Origin: a virus
Lineage: Duplodnaviria > Heunggongvirae > Uroviricota > Caudoviricetes
Length of the DNA stretch: 40,475 nt
Virus record (IMG/VR): IMGVR_UViG_2875713109_000005
Direction: 5' to 3' (one strand)
The notes under the pieces were generated by a model that was given only the letters and a program-made list of their open reading frames with translations, was not told the origin of the DNA and ran no database searches. The position numbers were made by a program, and so were the translations under genes. This document shows, piece by piece, positions 30,837 to 39,239 of the stretch. Numbering within the stretch: the first letter of the stretch is position 1; each line of letters starts with the position of its first letter.

Positions 30837-30918
30837 CCACGCTATAAATATCTTATTAACTAGTCCCGGCGTGGTTCTTTCCCCGCTGGGTCTTTTACTC
30901 AGATTAGTAGTCTACGAA

Positions 30919-31044
30919 TCAGAGCCTCCGTCTGCCAGTTCGGATTCGTACCTCGCAGAGGTCTTTCCTCGTTACCAGTGCCGTCACTATGACGGTTAAA
31001 CAGATGACGATCAGGGCGATTAACATCGCCTTTTGCTGCTTCAT
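30919..31044 (-). CDS. Hok/Gef-family type I toxin with altered C-terminus (41 aa as encoded)
   Basis: MKQQKAMLIALIVICLTVIVTALVTRKDLCEVRIRTG matches the HokD/RelF-type N-terminus and TM helix by recall, then reads RRRL-stop instead of QTEVAVFTAYEPEE. Overlapping mok-like frame upstream. Confidence 0.55.
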   Translation of the reverse strand: MKQQKAMLIALIVICLTVIVTALVTRKDLCEVRIRTGRRRL

Positions 31045-31566
31045 AGCCTGCTTCTCCTTGACCTTTCGGTCCGTAAGAGGCTAATCTCTATGTGTCGCAT
31101 AGATATGGCCTCAGATTAATGTTAAACGTCTTGCAGGACGCGTAATGTTAACTGGGGCTTTTCTCTATCTACCTTTGGTGTTCATGCCCGAGGCAGATAG
31201 CCTCAAGCACCCACAGCAATTCTAACTATCCAATACATCACTGCCAACACTTTAAACTCTTACCCTTTAAAACAAGAACAAAATTCAACCAATCAGCATT
31301 GGGCGTATACTCATATCCTAGAGAAAACAACTCTTTCTGTACCATTTATATCCATATGATTTATAAGCATTTGCCACTTGCCATAGCCGCACAATGACAG
31401 TTTGCCATTTGATGTCAATAGATAAAAATGATCGTTTTCAATGAGTTACATACTTGCAAGGCGTTGCACATCAGGCCCGATTACGTCAGTATCAAAAGAT
31501 TACAGATGGTGCATTACTGCCACCTCGCCTTAATGTTCCAGAACTCTCCAACTTGAGGAATTTTCA

Positions 31567-32340
31567 ATGACATCCTTTCAATTATCTTTGATTTCTCGTG
31601 AAATTGACGGCGAAATAATACATTTACGTGCCAAAGATGGTTACATAAACGCCACATCAATGTGTAGAACTGCGGGCAAACTGCTCTCTGATTACACTAG
31701 ACTCAAAACTACTCAAGAGTTTTTTGACGAATTATCACGCGATATGGGAATTCCCATATCGGAGTTAATTCAATCATTTAAAGGTGGAAGACCTGAAAAC
31801 CAAGGGACATGGGTGCATCCTGACATCGCTATTAATCTAGCGCAGTGGCTATCGCCCAAATTTGCAGTCCAGGTTTCAAGATGGGTTCGTGAATGGATGT
31901 CAGGGGAAAGAACTACAGCAGAAATGCCTGTACATTTAAAACGGTACATGGTTAATCGTAGTAGAATTCCTCACACGCACTTTTCTATTCTTAATGAACT
32001 GACATTCAACTTGGTTGCACCTCTTGAACAAGCAGGGTACACACTCCCAGAAAAAATGGTTCCTGACATTTCACAAGGAAGAGTATTTTCACAATGGTTA
32101 AGAGATAATAGAAACGTAGAACCCAAAACATTCCCTACCTATGACCATGAATATCCCGATGGTCGCGTATACCCTGCAAGGCTGTACCCAAATGAATATT
32201 TAGCAGATTTCAAAGAACATTTTAACAATGTTTGGTTGCCGCAATATGCCCCGAAATACTTCGCTGACCGGGACAAAAAGGCTCTCGCCTTGATTGAAAA
32301 AATTATGCTACCTAACCTCGATGGCAATGAACAGTTCTAA
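31567..32340 (+). CDS. KilA-N domain protein
   Basis: N-terminal region (IDGEIIHLRAKDGYINATSMCRTAGKLLSDYTRLKTTQEF) has the KilA-N/APSES-type signature common in lambdoid prophages. Confidence 0.65.
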   Translation: MTSFQLSLISREIDGEIIHLRAKDGYINATSMCRTAGKLLSDYTRLKTTQEFFDELSRDMGIPISELIQSFKGGRPENQGTWVHPDIAINLAQWLSPKFAVQVSRWVREWMSGERTTAEMPVHLKRYMVNRSRIPHTHFSILNELTFNLVAPLEQAGYTLPEKMVPDISQGRVFSQWLRDNRNVEPKTFPTYDHEYPDGRVYPARLYPNEYLADFKEHFNNVWLPQYAPKYFADRDKKALALIEKIMLPNLDGNEQF

Positions 32341-32460
32341 ATGATTAGCCAGCCCCATAAGGGCTGGTTATTTAGTATTATCAACCCCAGCGGCAAATCG
32401 AATACACCACCAGCGCCACCGCCATCGCAATTCCTACCGTTGTGAATGCTTCAGGCCAGG

Positions 32461-32964
32461 TCATCGTAAAACATCCTCCACGCTTATAAGTCCGCTTCGC
32501 TCCAGGTAGTCCATCACTTTATCCGGCAATTTGCAGCCCGGTTTCGCTTTCTTCAGTTGACTAACCAATTGTTTAACCAGCATTGTCAATTCGCGAACTT
32601 GTTTCCCGGGCTCCCCTTTGCCCTGAAGCAGGGCAGCGCGGCAAGCGTTCCATCCCTCAGCATATGTTTCAGTTACACCATCGAGATGGCATGTAAGCAA
32701 ATCCATTTCTTCCGGCACTACGGGCGCTGGAAAAACGGCATAGGGTGGCGTCCATTTTGGCGCTTTATCTCCAGCCGAACGCTGATACCAGTCATCCGGT
32801 TTGTATTCATAAAAATCACCAACTGGCTCTGCTTCCAGCGATGCCAGAGCAATTTTGAATAATTCGCCCTCTACCCGTGCCATCCCTGAATTGGGGTGGC
32901 ATTTCTCAATCGCTATTTTTAATTTAGCTTCTTCGATTAATTGCTTTTTGGTTAATTCAGTCAT
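32461..32964 (-). CDS. Hypothetical phage protein (167 aa)
   Basis: ORF in the early-right region; no motif recognised. Confidence 0.5.
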   Translation of the reverse strand: MTELTKKQLIEEAKLKIAIEKCHPNSGMARVEGELFKIALASLEAEPVGDFYEYKPDDWYQRSAGDKAPKWTPPYAVFPAPVVPEEMDLLTCHLDGVTETYAEGWNACRAALLQGKGEPGKQVRELTMLVKQLVSQLKKAKPGCKLPDKVMDYLERSGLISVEDVLR

Positions 32965-33126
32965 TTTTCATTACCGCCCTTTCGGGCCGCCTCCTAATAT
33001 TTTGAGGGTGCAGCCCCCCCCCTCCGGTTAAGGATTAAATTTTATTTACAGTGCTAAATTTAATTATTCAGATTTGGATTATGATTTCTCTTTCAGTTCA
33101 CGCAGTTCCCTGATTGTTAATTTGGC

Positions 33127-33564
33127 TCACAACAGCACATCCTGAAAATTACCCTGATAGAACGCCAGTACACGCTGCATGACTTCGCTCTTCCGGCACT
33201 CGCGACAGATTATATTCAGACGCCTGTCATAGCGGCGTATTTCTCCGTCTGGTAATGACCAGATAAGGTCCGGATCAACTACAGCAGGTTTCTTCACCTT
33301 TGCCCTCGATAGTTTTTTGCGGGCGTTTTGCCAGTCTTTACGCGCCTGTTCAGACGGGAATAACCCGTAACCAGAGTTGTATACATCGCCACTGGCAACC
33401 AGCTCACTGGCGAGAACACTCATCAGATATCTTGTCGCACCTGTCTTGGCTTCCAGTTGCCGTAACGTCTCGCGACCGCTCAGACGTACAAGTTCAACAA
33501 CCTGCCCTTTAATTTTTTCCCGCTCTTCTGGTGTAAATACTTTTGCCATAGGTGCCTCCGGCAA
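33127..33564 (-). CDS. Hypothetical phage protein (145 aa; start may be the Met 5 codons in)
   Basis: Basic protein with C-terminal CxxC (ICRECRK); abuts the upstream gene stop. Confidence 0.5.
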   Translation of the reverse strand: MPEAPMAKVFTPEEREKIKGQVVELVRLSGRETLRQLEAKTGATRYLMSVLASELVASGDVYNSGYGLFPSEQARKDWQNARKKLSRAKVKKPAVVDPDLIWSLPDGEIRRYDRRLNIICRECRKSEVMQRVLAFYQGNFQDVLL

Positions 33565-34359
33565 TCACTTTTCCGATGCAACATGGCGGGAAGAATCAGT
33601 AATCTGTCGTACAATATCCCTGTGCTTGTTCAACTCACGCAGCGCGGCGCAGACACACTCCCACTTCTGGACATGATTTTTCGCCCGACGCAGTTCGCGG
33701 TTTGCCATATGCAGTGATGGTAAAACCAGGTCATCCGCTCGCGTTTCAGTAAACGATGGCAGCGACTGCACAATGTCCGCCACAGTTTCTGTTTTAATAT
33801 CTTCCTGTGTTGCAGCCTCCTGTACTGGTAACGCAACACCTGCGGTCTGAGGAAAGGCCTTACCATCAGTTTCCGCTACCGATGCTGCTTTCGGCTCTGC
33901 TGGTAAATTATCGCCCGGTATGCAGTAACGAAATTTACCGCCCTGATTTACGCGAATCAGACGACCTTTGCTGATTGCCATTGCCAGCGTTGAAGCCACT
34001 TTGCGTGATGTGGTACCAAACAATGTAGCCAGCTCATCAGCCGTTTGTGGTCCGCGTTGTTCAATCGTCGCGGTTAAATCGCACTCTGAGATTTTCGCTA
34101 CTGTTGCTGTGGTGGTTTCTTCCAGCAGTTCTACCTGCGCTGGCTGTTCCTGCTGAACGTTGTTATCAGCCACACGCCAGGTGTACGCGCTTTTATCAAC
34201 ACAACCAGCCTTTTTCAGTTCCCATAGTTCGTTCAGCACTTCTTCACGACTGATATCAAGTCGAGCAGCAAGTTCTATGGATGTGGCTTTTCCCATTGCT
34301 TTCAGTGCGTCAAAAACAGTCTCCATTAAATTTTTCTCCCGGTAAAAATTACTTCGCAA
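33565..34359 (-). CDS. Hypothetical phage replication-region protein with N-terminal winged-helix-like segment (264 aa; alternative start at 34326)
   Basis: N-terminus [43 protein letters not shown] looks like a wHTH. Overlaps the stop of the DnaC-like gene. Confidence 0.5.
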   Translation of the reverse strand: MRSNFYREKNLMETVFDALKAMGKATSIELAARLDISREEVLNELWELKKAGCVDKSAYTWRVADNNVQQEQPAQVELLEETTTATVAKISECDLTATIEQRGPQTADELATLFGTTSRKVASTLAMAISKGRLIRVNQGGKFRYCIPGDNLPAEPKAASVAETDGKAFPQTAGVALPVQEAATQEDIKTETVADIVQSLPSFTETRADDLVLPSLHMANRELRRAKNHVQKWECVCAALRELNKHRDIVRQITDSSRHVASEK

Positions 34360-34828
34360 TTCCTAGCTGGACGACATTCGGACGCCAGCTCTCCCAGTTA
34401 AAATTCACCCATCGCCCGCCGTTCATGGTCATGCGATCCATAATCCGCTCGCCGAGCAATGTTTTCATGGCCTCATAGTTCAGGTTTGTCAGCATCCCCA
34501 CGCTGCGCATCGAAGCTGTCCGGCGATCAACAATCTGGTGCAGTACCACCTGCTCGTTTTTCGTCTCGCGCTGAATGCCAATTTCATCAAGAACCAGCAG
34601 ATCCACTTCGCACAGTTCCCGCAAAAATTTTTCGCCTGACTGCCCGTCGTCATAGCTGGCGTGCAGGGCACTCATAACATCAGCCACGGTAACCACAATC
34701 ACTGTCTGACCGTCTTTCAGCAGGCGATTCCCGATAGCTGCCGCTAAGTGGTTCTTCCCGGTAGCCATTGCTGATTGCCCACCGACAACAGCACAAGCTT
34801 GCTTGAATGAATAGTTCTCTTTTTTCAT
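34349..34828 (-). CDS. DnaC/IstB-like helicase-loader ATPase, N-terminally short (159 aa)
   Basis: Walker A-like [18 protein letters not shown], Walker B LLVLDEIG, and HQIVDRR...[23 protein letters not shown] resembling the DnaC C-terminal half. The expected N-terminal domain of about 70 aa is absent. Confidence 0.6.
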   Translation of the reverse strand: MKKENYSFKQACAVVGGQSAMATGKNHLAAAIGNRLLKDGQTVIVVTVADVMSALHASYDDGQSGEKFLRELCEVDLLVLDEIGIQRETKNEQVVLHQIVDRRTASMRSVGMLTNLNYEAMKTLLGERIMDRMTMNGGRWVNFNWESWRPNVVQLGIAK

Positions 34829-34857
34829 CGAATGAACTCCAAAAACACACAGAAATA

Positions 34858-34925
34858 TTAGGCGACGCCTAACGCAATTGTCAATAGGCTGTGCCTAATG
34901 CGGTAAGGGTAGGGATTGCCTAATG
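34858..34925. promoter_or_regulatory. Operator-like region with TTAGGC/GCCTAA half-site repeats, left of the repressor gene
   Basis: 15-bp perfect palindrome TTAGGCGACGCCTAA (34858-34872), ATTGTCAATAGGCTGTGCCTAATG (34877-34900) and TTGCCTAATG (34916-34925), in the 123-bp divergent intergenic region. Confidence 0.5.
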
Positions 34926-34951
34926 TAATGCGCATAGGAGAATATTAAGCA

Positions 34952-35428
34952 ATGCTTAGTGGTAAAGACTTAGGCCGAGCGATAGAGCAGGCCATTAACA
35001 AAAAAATCGCATCGGGATCCGTCAAATCAAAGGCGGAGGTCGCACGCCACTTCAAAGTCCAACCACCATCAATTTATGACTGGATTAAGAAAGGCTCTAT
35101 AAGTAAAGATAAACTTCCAGAATTATGGCGTTTCTTTTCTGATGTTGTTGGTCCAGAGCATTGGGGGCTTAACGAATACCCCATACCAACCCCCACCAAT
35201 TCAGATACAAAAAGTGAACTTTTAGATATAAACAACCTTTATCAAGCAGCCTCTGATGAAATAAGAGCGATTGTAGCTTTCCTGTTATCTGGAAATGCTA
35301 CAGAACCAGATTGGGTTGACCACGATGTTCGCGCCTACATAGCAGCGATGGAAATGAAAGTGGGTAAGTATCTGAAAGCTCTAGAATCTGAACGGAAAAG
35401 CCAGAACATCACAAAAACTGGAACTTAA
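34952..35428 (+). CDS. racR: Prophage repressor, RacR-like (HTH)
   Basis: 158 aa; N-terminal HTH (GRAIEQAINKKIASGSVKSKAEVARHFKVQPPSIYDWIKKG). Same length and position (divergent from the replication genes) as Rac RacR as recalled. Confidence 0.7.
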   Translation: MLSGKDLGRAIEQAINKKIASGSVKSKAEVARHFKVQPPSIYDWIKKGSISKDKLPELWRFFSDVVGPEHWGLNEYPIPTPTNSDTKSELLDINNLYQAASDEIRAIVAFLLSGNATEPDWVDHDVRAYIAAMEMKVGKYLKALESERKSQNITKTGT

Positions 35429-35505
35429 ACTTATATGGTCTGACGGAAAACTCCTGGATTCCGTTATTTAACCCCCCCATCACTTTCTGCTGTCGCCATC
35501 ACCTA

Positions 35506-35560
35506 TTAGGTTACGCTCAAAACATTAGGCATAGCCTATTGACAATCAATTAGGCATTAC
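35506..35560. promoter_or_regulatory. Second operator-like region, inverted copy of the left site
   Basis: CATTAGGCATAGCCTATTGACAAT (35523-35546) is the reverse complement of 34877-34900 at 23 of 24 positions. Additional ATTAGG half-sites at 35506-35515 and 35550-35556. Confidence 0.5.
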
Positions 35561-35736
35561 CTATAGTTCCAGCATACCACCCACCCCGCCCCACAGAACG
35601 CCGGGCAATACTTCGAGTTACCAGGCAGTGGTAAGGGGTTAAGTAGCCAGCCCGAGGCGTATGAACATGACGGCGGGATTCAAATTTTGCAGTGCAGCAG
35701 TTAGTTCCGCCACCCGGCGTTAAGGGGAGAGATAAG

Positions 35737-35871
35737 ATGGTGCATTACGAAGTAGTTCAGTATTTGATGGATTGTTGCGGTATCACTTACAACCAGGCTG
35801 TGCAGGCTTTACGCAGCAACGCCTGGGATCTCTGGCAGGCAGAAGTCGCTATACGTAGCAACAAGATGTGA
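35737..35871 (+). CDS. ydaG: Small Rac-type protein (44 aa), YdaG-like
   Basis: AAGGGGAG RBS before the ATG. Encodes MVHYEVVQYLMDCCGITYNQAVQALRSNAWDLWQAEVAIRSNKM. Size and position match Rac ydaG as recalled. Below the ORF-track length cutoff. Confidence 0.5.
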   Translation: MVHYEVVQYLMDCCGITYNQAVQALRSNAWDLWQAEVAIRSNKM

Positions 35872-35881
35872 GATTCGCAAA

Positions 35882-36037
35882 ATGCAAAAAATCGACCTCG
35901 GCAACAACGAATCCCTGGTGTGCGGCGTGTTCCCCAACCAGGATGGAACGTTCACTGCCATGACGTATACCAAAAGCAAAACATTTAAAACCGAAACTGG
36001 TGCGCGCCGATGGTTGGAGAAGCACACAGTAAGCTAA
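35882..36037 (+). CDS. ydaF: Small Rac-type protein (51 aa), YdaF-like
   Basis: Encodes MQKIDLGNNESLVCGVFPNQDGTFTAMTYTKSKTFKTETGARRWLEKHTVS. Convergent with sieB. Size and position match Rac ydaF as recalled. Confidence 0.5.
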   Translation: MQKIDLGNNESLVCGVFPNQDGTFTAMTYTKSKTFKTETGARRWLEKHTVS

Positions 36038-36522
36038 CGATTAAAACGTCTACTCCTGCTGTTCCAGAATAACTTCATAAAATGGGAGTATTTTTCGGTG
36101 ACGAGATAATAAGAACAGTTTGCGCTATCACTCTGATGTTGAATGATGCCCTTCCGTTCTAATTTTTTCATAACCGGGTTACGGCAAGGAGAAGTGATAA
36201 TAAGATTTCCTGTTTTAAGGAAATCTTTAAATACAGCGATTTCTTTCTCAGATAAACGAAGCAATACTCGTTGCTCTGGTAGTAATGAATAATGCTTTTG
36301 AATATGTGCTCGCAATCTTGAGAAGGAAATGGCGACCACGAAAGAAAAGGCAAAAACGATAATCTGAAAGAGCCAAGGTATTTCAGTATAAGCATTGAAT
36401 GCGACAGTAAACTCTTTCGGTATCAGCCAGAGAGTGAGACCAAAAATGATAATCGTATACATAAGTCTTTCGAGTGGCTCGTTAGCAAAAAGTTTCAACA
36501 ATGGAGTAAATACATCCAACAT
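36034..36522 (-). CDS. sieB: Superinfection exclusion protein SieB
   Basis: 162 aa from the internal Met (MLDVFTPLLKLFANEPLERLMYTIIIFGLTLWLIPKEF...), membrane protein. Size and position match Rac SieB as recalled. Confidence 0.75.
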   Translation of the reverse strand: MLDVFTPLLKLFANEPLERLMYTIIIFGLTLWLIPKEFTVAFNAYTEIPWLFQIIVFAFSFVVAISFSRLRAHIQKHYSLLPEQRVLLRLSEKEIAVFKDFLKTGNLIITSPCRNPVMKKLERKGIIQHQSDSANCSYYLVTEKYSHFMKLFWNSRSRRFNR

Positions 36523-36962
36523 ATCAATAACTCTCAACTGTAAGGGTATTGAAATGTTAACACAAGCTCTCGCTGTAGGGGTATAGCCGAGACCACCGAA
36601 GCCCGGAGGTGGTGAAATAAAACCGGGCACAACACGAAGGCGCATTTCCGATATCCATAAAGAGTCGGTCTTGTCTGTTAAATTTAAATGGTGGGAGTGC
36701 GCCTCCGGTTGTAAATAACGACATTGCTGTGTGTAGTCCTGGCGGCATCAGTTTTTTCTTGAAGTTCGGCTGATGTCCGCCCTTTTTTAAGTGAATTTTG
36801 TGATGCGGTGAATGCGGCTAAGCGCACGTGGCACAGTTAAAAGTCATGTTAGTCCTTATTGGTTTGGGTGGGAAAGCCGACTGTAATTGTTAACTGGTTG
36901 CAGTCACCTGGAGGCACCAGGCACCGCATCAACAAAGTTCATTTGTAAAAATGGAGATAATT

Positions 36963-37184
36963 ATGATTGCACATCACTTCGGAACTGATGAAATACCACG
37001 TCAGTGTGTGACTCCTGGCGATTATGTTCTTCATGAAGGCCGGACATATATTGCCTCGGCAAACAATATTAAAAAGCGAAAACTATATATTCGTAACCTG
37101 ACCACAAAAACATGCATTACTGACCGCATGATTAAAGTCTTCCTCGGTCGTGATGGTTTACCTGTAAAGGCGGAGTCATGGTGA
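36963..37184 (+). CDS. kilR: Prophage killing protein KilR (FtsZ inhibitor)
   Basis: 73 aa [46 protein letters not shown]...; first gene of the leftward early operon analogue. Recognised from memory. Confidence 0.7.
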   Translation: MIAHHFGTDEIPRQCVTPGDYVLHEGRTYIASANNIKKRKLYIRNLTTKTCITDRMIKVFLGRDGLPVKAESW

Positions 37185-37354
37185 TGACTAAGAAAATAAA
37201 ATGTGCTTACCACCTTTGCAAAAAAGACGTTGAAGAAAGCAAAGCTATTGAAAGAATGCTTCACTTCATGCACGGGATTTTATCAAAAGACGAACCGAGA
37301 AAATATTGCAGTGAATCTTGTGCCGAAAAAGACCAGATGGCACATGAACTTTAA
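37184..37354 (+). CDS. ydaE: YdaE-like small cysteine-rich protein (56 aa)
   Basis: [56 protein letters not shown]. Start overlaps the kilR stop (TGATG). Below the ORF-track cutoff. Confidence 0.6.
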   Translation: MTKKIKCAYHLCKKDVEESKAIERMLHFMHGILSKDEPRKYCSESCAEKDQMAHEL

Positions 37355-37428
37355 TTAATTGACTATTCGAAACTGAATTTATGCCAGAAATGGCAGGTAT
37401 TCGCTCAACCTTAATTAAGGAGAAAAAC

Positions 37429-37704
37429 ATGATTACCAATTATGAAGCCACTGTTGTAACTACCGATGACATTGTTCACGAGGTGAATCTGGAAGGAAAG
37501 CGCATTGGCTACGTAATTAAAACAGAAAATAAAGAAACCCCATTCACTGTGGTTGATATCGATGGTCCATCAGGCAACGTAAAAACACTTGATGAAGGTG
37601 TCAAAAAAATGTGCCTGGTGCATATCGGAAAGAATCTGCCCGCAGAAAAAAAAGCCGAATTTCTGGCAACTCTAATTGCAATGAAATTAAAAGGTGAAAT
37701 CTGA
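37429..37704 (+). CDS. racC: RacC-like protein
   Basis: 91 aa from MITNYEATVVTTDDIVHEVNLEGKRIGYVIK...; size and position match Rac racC as recalled. Confidence 0.7.
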   Translation: MITNYEATVVTTDDIVHEVNLEGKRIGYVIKTENKETPFTVVDIDGPSGNVKTLDEGVKKMCLVHIGKNLPAEKKAEFLATLIAMKLKGEI

Positions 37705-37805
37705 AAGAAATAGCCTGCGTATGGCGCAGGCTATGAACAGTGTGTATCCGGCAAGATCATTCACTGAACAAAACGAATTTTAATCTGAGTTGAGGTTAAA
37801 AAACA

Positions 37806-38249
37806 ATGAGCACAAAACCACTCTTCCTGTTACGGAAAGCGAAAAAATCATCCGGTGAACCTGACGTCGTCCTGTGGGCAAGCAACGATTTTGAATCGAC
37901 CTGTGCCACTCTGGACTACCTGATCGTTAAGTCAGGTAAAAAACTGAGCAGCTATTTTAAAGCTGTTGCCACGAATTTTCCTGTCGTTAATGACCTGCCC
38001 GCTGAAGGTGAGATCGATTTTACCTGGAGTGAACGCTATCAACTCAGCAAAGACTCCATGACATGGGAACTAAAACCGGGAGCAGCACCAGACAACGCTC
38101 ACTATCAAGGCAATACCAACGTCAACGGCGAAGACATGACTGAGATTGAGGAGAATATGCTACTCCCAATTTCTGGCCAGGAACTGCCCATTCGTTGGCT
38201 TGCTCAACACGGCAGCGAAAAGACGGAGGTACTCAGTTTGAAGTTATGA
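37806..38249 (+). pseudogene. recE: recE 5' remnant (exonuclease VIII N-terminal about 140 codons), deletion-truncated
   Basis: [46 protein letters not shown]... matches the RecE N-terminus as recalled, but the ORF stops after 147 codons. The full-length gene encodes 866 aa. Confidence 0.7.
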
Positions 38250-38491
38250 CGCGCAAACAGATTGAGCTGGTGCGCAGCCTGAGTAAAGCTGGTAATAACG
38301 GGCCGTGGGTAACTCACTGGGAAGAAATGGCAAAGAAAACGGCTATTCGTCGCCTGTTCAAATATCTGCCCGTATCAATTGAGATCCAGCGTGCAGTATC
38401 AATGGATGAAAAGGAACCACTGACAATCGATCCTGCAGATTCCTCTGTATTAACCGGGGAATACAGTGTAATCGATAATTCAGAGGAATAA
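38195..38491 (+). pseudogene. recT: recT 3' remnant (C-terminal about 85 codons)
   Basis: ...[88 protein letters not shown] matches the RecT C-terminus as recalled, in a different frame from the recE remnant. Junction near 38220-38230. Confidence 0.7.
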
Positions 38492-38547
38492 TTCAGCCTG
38501 GCGGTGTAATGCACCGCCAACTTGAAATATTTTTTATGAGAAAAATT

Positions 38548-38742
38548 ATGAGATATGACAATGTTAAACCATGTCCATTTTGTGGTTGTCCATCAGTAAC
38601 GGTGAAAGCCATTTCAGGATATTACCGAGCGAAGTGTAACGGATGCGAATCCCGAACCGGTTATGGTGGAAGTGAAAAAGAAGCACTCGAAAGATGGAAT
38701 AAACGAACCACTGGAAATAATAATGGAGGTGTTCATGTATAA
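38548..38742 (+). CDS. lar: Restriction alleviation protein Lar
   Basis: 64 aa MRYDNVKPCPFCGCPSVTVKAISGYYRAKCNGCESRTGYGGSEKEALERWNKR... with zinc-ribbon cysteines. Recognised from memory. Confidence 0.7.
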   Translation: MRYDNVKPCPFCGCPSVTVKAISGYYRAKCNGCESRTGYGGSEKEALERWNKRTTGNNNGGVHV

Positions 38743-38944
38743 AATTACCGCCACTATTGAAAAGGAAGGTGGCACTCCTACTAACTGGACAAGATATTCA
38801 AAATCTAAACTAACGAAATCAGAATGCGAAAAAATGCTCTCAGGTAAAAAAGAAGCAGGCGTTTCCAGAGAGCAGAAAGTAAAACTGATAAATTTTAATT
38901 GCGAGAAACTTCAGTCCTCGAGAATTGCATTGTATTCAAATTAA
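38735..38944 (+). CDS. ydaC: YdaC-like protein (69 aa)
   Basis: MYKITATIEKEGGTPTNWTRYSKSKLTKSECEKMLSGKKEAGVSREQKVKLINFNCEKL...; overlaps the lar 3' end. Size and position as in Rac. Confidence 0.65.
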   Translation: MYKITATIEKEGGTPTNWTRYSKSKLTKSECEKMLSGKKEAGVSREQKVKLINFNCEKLQSSRIALYSN

Positions 38945-39022
38945 AACTTCATAGCTGATTATTAATAATCAACATCGGGCGTCAATTTCAGTCTAACATT
39001 GGCGCCTGCCAGAGGTGATGCG

Positions 39023-39238
39023 ATGGCACAAGTAATCTTTAATGAAGAGTGGATGGTTGAATACGGCCTGATGCTTCGCACTGGTCTGGGGGCCAGACAA
39101 ATTGAAGCATACCGCCAGAACTGTTGGGTGGAGGGCTTCCACTTCAAACGAGTATCTCCTTTAGGTAAGCCAGACAGCAAACGAGGGATTATCTGGTACA
39201 ACTATCCAAAGATAAATCAGTTTATCAAAGACTCATGA
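39023..39238 (+). CDS. xisR: Excisionase-like protein (Xis/YdaQ-type)
   Basis: 71 aa [44 protein letters not shown]...; immediately upstream of the integrase. Confidence 0.7.
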   Translation: MAQVIFNEEWMVEYGLMLRTGLGARQIEAYRQNCWVEGFHFKRVSPLGKPDSKRGIIWYNYPKINQFIKDS

Positions 39239-39239
39239 T

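Noticed and set aside
35809-36027. 72-aa minus-strand ORF between racR and sieB
   Set aside because: It overlaps the two short plus-strand genes (ydaG-like and ydaF-like), which have RBS support and match Rac gene sizes; the minus-strand ORF has neither.
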